From assembly GCA_964016885.1 (NCBI GenBank), contig OZ024742.1, positions 64,356,001 through 64,420,000 of the forward strand: a stretch of DNA of 64,000 nt, in the 5' to 3' direction. The notes under the pieces are model-generated. The model worked only from the letters and a program-made list of their open reading frames with translations, did no database searches and was not told the DNA's origin. The stretch is from Eledone cirrhosa (taxonomy: Eukaryota). Shown in pieces: positions 50,971 through 62,009 of the stretch (position 1 is its first letter; every line of letters begins with the position of its first letter). The position numbers were made by a program, and so were the translations under genes.

Positions 50971-51156
50971 GGGCGGTGGATTGGCAGTATCGGTAGAGGG
51001 TCGGATGCCATGCTTTGCAGCACAGTTACATCCCTTTACGGACTGAGTTCAAATCCCGCCGAGGATAACTTTGCCTTTCATCCTTACGGGGTCGATAAAA
51101 TAAAGTACCAGTAATACACTGGGATAATTGCTGGCCTTGTGCCAAAAGTAGAAACA
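50971..51156 (+). mobile_element. SINE family A, full length
   Basis: Highly similar to 9555-9739; 14 bp TSD ATTATATATGTTGA (50957-50970 / 51157-51170). Confidence 0.93.
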
Positions 51157-53237
51157 ATTATATATGTTGAAGTTGCCTGTAAGAATCTATGTCAAGTAAA
51201 AAGATTTTGATGGGTCTGCATGTATAACGGTCAGTCAAGTCAAACAAAACACTAGAACATTCATTAAGTCATCCATGAGGACCAGTGCAAAACAGTCCAT
51301 CATCACTCTCACATGATTGTAATCAATTAGGGAGTCTGTCAGGAAATTCTCCCAGAAAACCCTCAAATACATACATAACATTGCTGTGAAGTTTGTTCAC
51401 ATCTTCCATATTCATCTGACCTATCAAATCACCAGGTTTCTCAGGAGCTGAAGTGGTGCCACTTTGTGAAGCTAGATCTTTAAAGAGAATAATGAGTTGT
51501 ATTGGATGGCTTACAGGAAGAAGATTTCTGTGGTGCTTTTGAAGTGTGGAAGACACTTGTGTCACTATGTTCCCAAAGGAGCTATTTGAAAGGGGATGGG
51601 ACCTAAATATAATATATGATATGCATTTTTTACTGGAGTACTGATGCACTTTTTTCTTTTTAACAAATCTTAGCATGGATGAGCAAGATATGTAAACATA
51701 ATTATTGTTGTTTTGTATTAAGTTAAGGAGAGAGAGTATGTGATAAGCAACTGACTATCATAATTTCATGTCTCTGAATCATGTTTTCTCATTCAGGCAT
51801 ACACTTTATAAATATTCTGTTATGCAGAGAATGTGATGTTGCTTTGCCAGAAAGCAACCAAGGATAATTACACATTACACCACACAACATATGACAAAAT
51901 ACATCTTGTGTCTTAAACATGATCATATATTTAGCAAGTGAACTGTGTGATTTCATAACTCATCTTAACATTCACAAAATGGATTATACCATTGAGTGTG
52001 TACCAAGGTACTAGTCAAAGGCATTGAATTGGTGGAATTGTTAAGTGTTGGATGAGATGTTGTGTAGTATTTATTGTGAATCTTTGCATTCTGTGTTCAA
52101 GTTCCTCCTTGGGATTCAAACCCTGCTGATGGTCACAGCTAATACCTAAACACAGAACCACAACTGATTACAAAATATGTGGAGCAGGATTGTGGCTGTC
52201 TGCTACTGCTGTCAGCCGACAATAATGAATGTAATGTAATGTATAAATTGCTAAAGCAACACTAGATTGTTGAAATGGAATGTTTATATTGTCTGTGGTT
52301 GAATGACAGTGTACATGACTCAACCTTCACTGAGAGACCAACTATGTTTACAATGACCCAAAATGGATTATGTCCTATGATGCATGCTGTTCTTATGAAT
52401 ACAGAAGAACTTTATGGCCATAATTATGGACTTTAATAGACATTGGTTATATGTTAAGCTTCTTGCAGAAAACGCTCTTTTATTCTTTCATTAGTTTCAA
52501 TCCTTGGACTGAGACCATGCTGCAGCACCTCCTTCAAAGACTGAGGCAACCCTTGATCTTGACTGGTAACTATTCTATCAATCTTGGAAAGGTGAAAGAC
52601 AAAGTCAACCAAAATAAGAAAAAAAAAGAAGAAAAATTTATAGTTCACAACTATGTAAGTTTAGCTGAACTCTGATGAAGTTGTATCTCAAAGGAGGTTT
52701 CTTGAATGTGTAATTGATAGGAGCACCAGTCCTATCATGTTACAGATTACACCTTTGTAGATTTAACTGGCTTCCTATAAGGCATCTTATAGAAGGTTTC
52801 TCAAGTGTTTTAATGACATGGGTCCCAGTCATATCATAAGAGAAACATAAGAAGCATCTTGTTCAAGAAAACAAAGTATTGCCTGGCCCAGGAATTCAAC
52901 ACATGGCCTTATGACTGTGAGCCCAACACCCTAGCCACTAAGCAGCATGCTTTCAACCTGGACAGAATTTTAAATCAGACTGTCAATACCAGGTGTATCT
53001 TTGATTTTAGAATTAGTACACTATATGGAGGTTTCTTAAGTGTTTTAATGATAGACCCCAGTCTTATCATGAAATGCAATGTAAAATGAAGTGTTTTCCT
53101 CAAGAACACATGCCACCTGGCCCAGAAATTGAACCCACAACCTGATGACCATGGTGTCCAACAACCTAACCGCAAAGGCATGCACCTTCACAATTGGTGT
53201 TTCTTTTTATTATTTTACTGTTTGGTAAAATAATTAA

Positions 53238-53444
53238 GGGCAGTAGATTGGCAGTATCGGTAGTGGTATATAGTTACATCTCTTTATGTTCTGAGTTCAA
53301 ATCCCGTTGAGATTAGCCTTGCCTTTCATCCTTACGAGGTCGATAAAATAAAGTACTAGTCAATTTAATTGACTTTTCTCTCCTGCAAAATTAGAGAAGC
53401 TTATCATGAGGCCTGCAAGGCTAACCCCTGTTTTTGCAGAAACA
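53238..53444 (+). mobile_element. SINE family A variant (shortened head, alternative 3' segment)
   Basis: A/B boxes and core present, ends GCAGAAACA; 15 bp TSD ATTATTTTACTGTTT (53209-53223 / 53445-53459). Confidence 0.85.
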
Positions 53445-55649
53445 ATTATTTTACTGTTTAGTCAAGGAGGGAAAGGCAGTGTCCTTAACCTTTTTCATGG
53501 TTTACCAGACTGGCATGATATAGAGGGAGGAGGAAGGAAGGAAGGTATCCTCAAAACCAGAGACTTGGCTGGAATCCTTGCAACAGAGTGGACACCACTA
53601 CAAACAGCCAAGAGCCAAGTGGCGATATTGGCAGATTATTTTGACCATTCAAGTAGACAAGAGCAGAATTTAAGCAATAAATGAATAATTAAATAAAATG
53701 TTACCAATAATCCTTTTACAGAATGCAGAATATCTGTTTCTGAATTTAGTTTTTATTGGAATAAGTAGATGTGAAGAAATCAGCTCCAGGAGATTTTGTT
53801 AGACTATTTCAGGTAACTTCCTGGGTTATTCATTGACAGAACCTGTATCTAACAGCAAAGTGAAGTGAGGTACAGGGAGACAATGAAAGAATTTCAGCTA
53901 AATAAAAATTAGTTGAATGTGTGTATAGTATATTTGGCAATATACTGTATATTTAATTAAAAACATTTAGAAGACCATTTGCTATGAGTTTTAAAGTAGT
54001 GACTATGTCACTTACTTATTCTCGGCAAAAACAACAGGGAGCGGCCGACAGAGTCTGTTTCTCGCTTGTGAGCATTTATCAAGACCACACACTCAGTTGC
54101 CTTTGCTGAGAATTATAGAAGCTGGATTCTTATAGAATTCCAGTAATAATCAGGAGCTGATTAAACAGAGTGATTGCCGATCCAGCAAAAATTAGGTATT
54201 AGTATTGGTGCTCTGAAATAGCGATGTATACATGAATGTATGCATAGTATATTTGTCCAAACCATATTTACACAACAATTTTGTCAAAAAGAACATCAGC
54301 AGAGGTTTCATTGTCAGTAGCAACAATCACTGAATGGATATGGGAGTAATAGTAACAGTTCAAGGATCTTAGGATCAATCTAACTGCCGGGACCACTTGT
54401 TTTAGTTCTAGCTGTCAGGAATAGTTAACGGGTTCAATGGAAATACTGTCTGAGATCAAATAGCTTTCCATCCTGTACCAAGTGTTTTAAGGCCATCTTC
54501 CCTGTAAAAGCAGGGGTTAGTCTTGCAGGCCCCATGAAAAGCTTCTCCAATATTCCTTCATCTTTAACCATGTCTATCTTGGTTTCCCCCTTCCTTTACT
54601 TTCTTCCACATTCATTTCCATCACTTTTCTCACTTAGGTCATTTGTTGAGGAAGGATGAAAGTGACTAACTATCTTGCTCCATTTCTCTTCACAACATTC
54701 ATCACTGGTTCTATTCCTCTCTCCCTAGTCACTGTCATCCTTCCTCAACATATGACCTAACCCTCTCTATTCCATTTTTCTTCACAACATTCATCATTGA
54801 TTCAGTTCCTAGACTGGATAAGAAGAGTGATAGAAATGAATGTGGAAGGAAAGAGAGGAAGACACAACAGAAGATGGAGGAGGAAATGAAAGCCAGTGAG
54901 TTGGTGAAAGGGGATGCAGACAATAAGGCCAAATGGAAAAGCTCGTCAAGGGGCTATAGCAGAGAAAATGGTTTTAAAATGTTCGTTGTATAAGTCTGCA
55001 CTATGTGTGGTTGGTGATAGAAAGAATATCTAACTGTAAAAAGTATGACACACACACACTGCTAGAGATTTTTTTGTTGTTGTGAGTGTCAGATGACAAT
55101 AATTATAGATGATTTACAAGATGCTGGGAAACCTGTCCAACCCATGCCAACATTGAAAAATAGATATAAAAAGATGATGTTATGTAAAGGTGAACCAAAA
55201 TACAATGTCTTGTCATTTACATAAAAGTGAGTGCAAACTGAAGACATCATGCAGAGATCATTGATGTTAAGAGAGGTAGTGAGTTGTATGGAGTACACTA
55301 TAGCTGGAGGAGGCGGTAGAGAGAGTGAGTTCTGGTGTACACAATAGTTGGATGATAGAGAGTTAGTGAGCTGTGTGAGGTACACTATAGTTGGGTAAGG
55401 AGTTAAAGAGGTAGGAGGCTCTGTGGAATAGACTATATATATGAAAGAGAAAGTCTATGAGGTTGAACTTTCAATAAACAGAGTTAATATATATAGCCTT
55501 GCAAGGCCACAAACTTCAGCTCTATTAATTGAGACCATAACCACATGAAATAGCTTGTTTCCATTTCATTTGGCCCAACCTTTTTTTTTTCAAATAATAA
55601 ATACTTCCTGGCATGCATGATGAGGCTAATTTCAAAGTCATTATATATA

Positions 55650-56130
55650 CTAGCAGAAAAACCACCCTTCGGTGGTTTTCTGCTAGCAAGCATGTGTAGT
55701 GTGCATATCGATATTATACACAAATATATATACATATAGATATGATACATCAAATAAAATCGTAATTGACAATATACACAGAAATTGAACGAAGACTGCC
55801 TTACATTGTTTTATGTAATCAGTAACATAATCCATGATACATTAAAAAAATATATTATAAAAACGATATTATATATAAACTGCATTAGGAGATAATTAGT
55901 GACGGAAATATATGAATGTTTATTTAAGCGATCACTAACCGGAAGTGTTGACATTTGAACATTTTAATAAACAATAAAATATATTTAATCAATAGCTACG
56001 AAATTTAGTAGATACATTATGTAATATTCATTCATTATTTATTCAAAGTAATCCAACTTATTTTACTAATGGGATAAAAAAATTATAAACCGTACGCAGT
56101 CCTGCACTCATTACTTCATTATAGCTTAGA
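55650..56130 (-). mobile_element. Non-autonomous Helitron (481 bp), second copy
   Basis: Reverse-complement homologue of 39938-40419: 5' TCTAAGCTATAAT, 3' hairpin + CTAG, inserted at A|T inside (AT)n. Confidence 0.88.
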
Positions 56131-56139
56131 TATATATAT

Positions 56140-56880
56140 ATCATCATCATTTAATGTTTATTTTTCCATGCTTGCATGGGTTAAATGGGTTGTCATGTTA
56201 TGAGACAAGTCAGGTCAGGTGACCATGTTTTTCTCATAGAAATCTGTATTCTGGTTTGGTTTCTAAGGCTGGATGCCCTTCATAATGCTAACTACATTAT
56301 AGTATAGACAGGGAGCTTTTATCGTGTCACCAACAAGAACATCTAAAAGGGTAGACTGGGTGGTTTTCATTGTGTCACCAGCATGACCACATTACAGGGT
56401 AGACTGGCCATTTTTTTGTTTATTGTGTGTCACCAGCATGACTACCTTACAGGGTGGAGCAGGTGCATTTTTTTGTGTCGTCAGCATGACCATCTTAACC
56501 CCATAGCATTTAAACCGGCTATAACCGATCAGAATTCTCTCACCTTTTTCTGTTCAAACCAGCCATAACTGGCCATTCATACTGATGTTAAGGTTTTGTT
56601 CTCAAAATGAATAATATCAAAATCTCATTCATAGATTCAATATTATGTGAGATAAAGCCATTACTGCAAAAATACAATAGTAAATATAGAGTAATGTAAA
56701 TGCTAAAGGGTGGACTGGGTGTTTTTCTCATGTCACCAGCATAACCACTTTACAGAGTGGGCTGGAAGTCTCCTGTATCTCTGGTACTACTACCTTACAG
56801 GGTGGATAGGGTACTTTTCTTGTTGTGGCACCAGATCACCATACAAGGTGGACTGTTTTTTGTCATAGCAGTAGCATTAT
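56140..56880 (-). mobile_element. RTE-tail retro-module with expanded ~48 bp internal repeats, interrupted by a MITE (56499-56710)
   Basis: CATCATCAT tail, GGATGCCCTTC motif, then repeated CACCAGCATGACCAC.TTACAGGGTRGACTGG units. Confidence 0.75.
56499..56710 (+). mobile_element. TTAA MITE copy (right TTAA missing)
   Basis: TTAA-CCCCATAGCATTTAAACC..TAAATGCTAAAGGG followed by TGGACT. Confidence 0.85.
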
Positions 56881-57227
56881 TGTAGATCAGATGTGGAGCA
56901 TGTCAAACTTGCTATACTTGTATGCATGGGTTGGGCAAGAAAGGTGTGTGAGGAATGAGGGTTGGGGGGCAAGTAACCAAGTTCAACATGGGGTGAGTGA
57001 GATATTTAGCGGGGGGTGGGGGGTGGAAAGGATTGATGCAGAATAGTGTCCTCTATATGTTTGTTTTATCCTGTTCGCATGGGAAGGTGGGTTTGAGAGG
57101 TTTCCTAATATATATGTTTGTGTGTGATTTCCAGCACAAATACATATATATGTATATATACACATGCATACAGGTTTTCCAAATTATATATATATATATA
57201 TATATATATACATGCATACAGGTTTTC

Positions 57228-57266
<39 letters not shown>

Positions 57267-57629
57267 CATCATCATTGTTGTCATTTTAATGTCCACTTTC
57301 CCTGATAGCAAGGGTTGGACAGGTCCATATATACACCAAGTTCGTACTGAAGGAGGCTACTGATCTCCCAGGCAAACCTGCGCACTTATGTATGGTCTTA
57401 CATTCCATTGAGTGTTCAGGAGAGGTGTCATGCTTTTGACACAACTGAGGGCCTTTCCAGCCTTTTGTTTAGAAATATTTCTACAGCTAGATGCCCTTCC
57501 TATCACCAACCCCTTTACAGTGTGTACTTGGGTGCATCTATCGTATAAATCACCAACACTAGGGAAGTTGTCATGCACTTGACATGACTGGTGGGTTCTC
57601 GTGTGTGTGTGCCTCTGTGCGTCTATAAA

Positions 57630-57880
57630 TATCATCATCATCATTTAACATCCATCTTTCACGCTAGCATGGGTTAGACGGGAGTTGTCCCACTTGAGGC
57701 AAGGTTGGTCGGGTGACCGTATCTCGCTCATATAGGACTGTCTGGCAGGTTTTCTACGGCTAGATGCCCTTCCTAACACCAACCACATTTACAGTGTGGA
57801 ACTTGGAACTTTCTACCATGTTACCTACACAGCCACATCACAGCGTGGACTGTGTGTTTTTTTGTCGGGACACCTACACG
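57630..57880 (-). mobile_element. 5'-truncated RTE long 3' module
   Basis: Close reverse complement of 46830-47079. Confidence 0.88.
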
Positions 57881-58398
57881 ATCTCGATCTTGTTGTACAC
57901 AATTTTGCTACCCTCAGAAATGAACCAGAAGAACAAGTGTCACTCATACATTCTATTTGTGGCATGTTTTCTATAGTTAGATGCCCTTTGTTATATCACC
58001 CACCTTACAGAGTGTACTGGGTGTATGTTATCATGACACCATTCATTAATGTACAAGTAGTTATGACCTCAACAGAATTTAAGGGGTCTTCTTTATTTGA
58101 CATTGGCTCAGTTTGATTGGTTGTCTTAATTAAAATTATTTTACCCACATTGAAAATGTTCTGTTGCCCCAACGGTTTTTGCATTTTTCAAAGAGGAAAA
58201 TCTAATATTTGTGCCAAAGGCCCAAATGATGTGGTGTCACCCTCCTTGAGGGTCAAGTCAGGCGCAAACAGTTTGTGATAAAAAAAAAATTGACAAAAAA
58301 GCCATTGTAAACAAATGAAAAAAGATAAACTTTCACAAGCTAATACAAACATTTCCGTTAAAAACAAATGATGATGATGATGAGGTGAAGAAAATGAA

Positions 58399-61183
58399 GT
58401 TAATACTGTCTCAACTACAGTGATGTAATAAATATGTTAGTACTGTCTTAACTACAGTAATATATGTTATTAGTGTCATAACTACAGTAATATATGTTAT
58501 TAGTGTCATAACTACAGTAATATATGTTATTAGTGTCATAACTACAGTAATATATGTTATTAGTGTCATAACTACAGTAATATATGTTAGTAGTCTTAAC
58601 TACAGTAATATATGTTATTAGTGTCATAACTACAGTAATATGTTATTAGTGTCATAACTACAGTAATATATGTTATTAGTGTCTTAACTACAGTAATATG
58701 TTAGTACTGTCTTAACTACAGTAATATGTTATTAGTGTCATAACTACAGTAATATATGTTAGTCCTGTCTTAACTACAGTAATATATGTTAGTAGTGTCT
58801 TAACCACAGTAATGTATGTTAGTAGTGTCTTAACTACAGTAATATATGTTAGTCCTGTCTTAACTACAGTAATATATGTTAGTCCTGTCTTAACTACAGT
58901 AATGTATGTTAGTAGTGTCTTAACTACAGTAATGTATGTTAGTAGTGTCTTAACTACAGTAATATATGGTAGTCCTGTCTTAACTACAGTAATATATGTT
59001 AGTCCTGTCTTAACTACAGTAATATATGTTAGTCCTGTCTTAACCACAGTAATATATGTTAGTAGTGTCATAACTACAGTAATATATGTTAGTACTGTCT
59101 TAACTACAGTAATATATGTTATTAGTGTCATAACTACAGTAATGTATGTTAGTAGTGTCTTAACTACAGTAATATATGTTAGTAGTGTCTTAACTACAGT
59201 AATGTATGTTAGTAGTGTCATAACTACAGTAATATATGTTAGTACTGTCTTAACTACAGTAATATATGTTATTAGTGTCATAACTACAGTAATGTATGTT
59301 AGTAGTGTCTTAACTACAGTAATATATGTTAGTCCTGTCTTAACTACAGTAATATATGTTAGTAGTGTCTTAACCACAGTAATGTATGTTAGTAGTGTCT
59401 TAACTACAGTAATATATGTTAGTAGTGTCTTAACCACAGTAATGTATGTTAGTACTGTCTTAATTACAGTAATATATGTTAGTAGTGTCTTAACTACAGT
59501 AATGTATGTTAGTAGTGTCTTAACTACAGTAATATATGTTAGTAGTGTCTTAACTACAGTAATATATGTTAGTAGTGTCTTAACTACAGTAATGTATGTT
59601 AGTAGTGTCTTAACTACAGTAATGTATGTTAGTAGTGTCTTAACTACAGTAATGTATGTTAGTAGTGTCTTAACTACAGTAATGTATGTTAGTAGTGTCT
59701 TAACTACAGTAATGTATGTTAGTAGTGTCTTAACTACAGTAATGTATGTTAGTAGTGTCTTAACTACAGTAATGTATGTTAGTAGTGTCTTAACTACAGT
59801 AATGTATGTTAGTAGTGTCTTAACTACAGTAATGTATGTTAGTAGTGTCTTAACTACAGTAATGTATGTTAGTAGTGTCTTAACTACAGTAATATATGGT
59901 TGTCCTGTCTTAACTACAGTAATATATGTTAGTAGTGTCTTAACTACAGTAATGTATGTTAGTAGTGTCTTAAGTACAGTAATGTATGTTAGTAGTGTCT
60001 TAACTACAGTAATGTATGTTAGTAGTGTCTTAACTACAGTAATGTATGTTAGTAGTGTCTTAACTACAGTAATGTATGTTAGTAGTGTCTTAACTACAGT
60101 AATGTATGTTAGTAGTGTCTTAACTACAGTAATGTATGTTAGTAGTGTCTTAACTACAGTAATGTATGTTAGTAGTGTCTTAACTACAGTAATGTGTGTT
60201 AGTAGTGTCTTAACTACAGTAATATATGGTAGTCCTGTCTTAACTACAGTAATATATGTTAGTAGTGTCTTAACCACAGTAATATATGTTAGTCCTGTCT
60301 TAACCACAGTAATATATGTTAGTCCTGTCTTAAGACAGGACTAACATATATTACTGTAAAGACAGGACTAACATATATTACTGTAGTTAAGACACTACTA
60401 ACATATATTACTGTAGTTAAGACAGGACTAACATATATTACTGTAGTTAAGACAGGACTAACATATATTACTGTAATTAAGACACTACTAACATATATTA
60501 CTGTAGTTAAGACACTACTAACATACATTACTGTGGTTAACTACAGTAATATATGTTAGTCCTGTCATAACTACAGTAATGTATGTTAGTCCTGTCTTTA
60601 CAGTAATATATGTTAGTCCTGTCTTAACTACAGTAATATATGTTAGTCCTGTCTTAACTACAGTAATATATGTTAGTCCTGTCTTAACTACAGTAATATA
60701 TGTTAGTCCTGTCTTAACTACAGTAATATATGTTAGTCCTGTCTTAATTACAGTAATATATGTTAGTCCTGTCTTAACTACAGTAATATATGTTAGTAGT
60801 GTCTTAACTACAGTAATATATGGTAGTAGTGTCTTAACTACAGTAATATATGGTAGTAGTGTCTTAACTACAGTAATATATGTTAGTCCTGTCTTAACTA
60901 CAGTAATATATGTTAGTCCTGTCTTAACTACAGTAATATATGTTAGTCCTGTCTTAACTACAGTAATGTATGTTAGTAGTGTCTTAACTACAGTAATGTA
61001 TGTTAGTAGTGTCTTAACTACAGTAATATATGGTAGTACTATCATAACTACAGTAATATATGTTAGTAGTGTCTTAACCACAGTAATGTATGTTAGTAGT
61101 GTCTTAACTGCAGTAATATATGTTAGTACTGTCCTAACTACAGTAATATATGTTAGTAGTGTCTTAACTACAGTAATATATGT
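58399..61183. repeat. Tandem array, 30 bp unit TTAACTACAGTAATRTATGTTAGTAGTGTC (AGTCCTGTC variant), with inverted block 60334-60536
   Basis: About 90 copies directly visible; ORFs of 510/531 aa are the unit read in frame. Confidence 0.98.
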
Positions 61184-61509
61184 ATATAAAGGATTTCCAG
61201 CAGGGAAACTATGGTCAACTTCCAGAAAAATCTGATCTGACAGTACTTGTTCAGGATAAAGACTAGAGGCATGGTTGCAAATCCAACCAGGCCTGATTAA
61301 GATGCATTAAAAGTGGTAAAGTTGTTTTGTACACACTTGCTTAATGTTTGAGCATTGATGGATTATGAAGGATCCTGCTATCAGCCTGCTACCTTCCATT
61401 CACTGTGAAGGACCAGAAGTTTATCTGTCTGGAGTCTATGGTGCAAGAAACTGTATAGTGGACAAGATTGAAAAGACTTAAGACATCACTTTCATTTTTG
61501 ACCAAGCCT

Positions 61510-61650
61510 TATAATGATGAAAAATATTGTGCACAGTGCTCAGGTGCACTAAAACTTATCAAAGGTGCATGTATAGTACATAGAATAATGTCAAATGTCA
61601 GGAAAGTGAACAGTGTATGTGTGCGTATATATGGAGGGAAATAAGAAAGT
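61510..61650 (-). mobile_element. CR1-like LINE 3'UTR fragment
   Basis: AATATTGTGCACAGTGCTCAGGTGCACTAAAACTTATCAAAGGTGCATGTATAGTACATAG matches the 8240-8580 and 9255-9387 family. Confidence 0.7.
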
Positions 61651-62009
61651 GGTGGGTCTGTGCCAAATGAATGGGCCTAGTTTCAGCTGGGAGAGGGAAT
61701 TTACTCATCGGATTCAGAGTAAACCCGAATTTGTGGAGGTTCTTTTTTGTTATTTTTGTTTTTACTCATTTTAAACAACCACTGGGTTGTATCTCTTCCT
61801 TCTAGCTTTGTCATCGTCTTTGACTATCATGGACAATAAAAGAGAAGATTATTATTATTATTAATGTTTTAGACACAAATAAACCTATGATTGTTATAAT
61901 AATGGTTACATAAACTTTTCACAAAAAAGTTGTAAATCTTGATGCAAATAATTAAACAGAGCATACCAGTGATGGAGGTAGTGGCTTGATGTGCAAAGGA
62001 TGGTTTACC

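Noticed and set aside
54040-54500. Possible host exon or retroviral integrase remnant on the minus strand
   Set aside because: No sustained open frame or motif I can identify with confidence; needs a translated search.
58712-61235. 510/531/218 aa ORFs (YVSSVLTTVM / TYITVVKTLL repeats)
   Set aside because: Translation of a 30 bp satellite, open on both strands and crossing an inversion.
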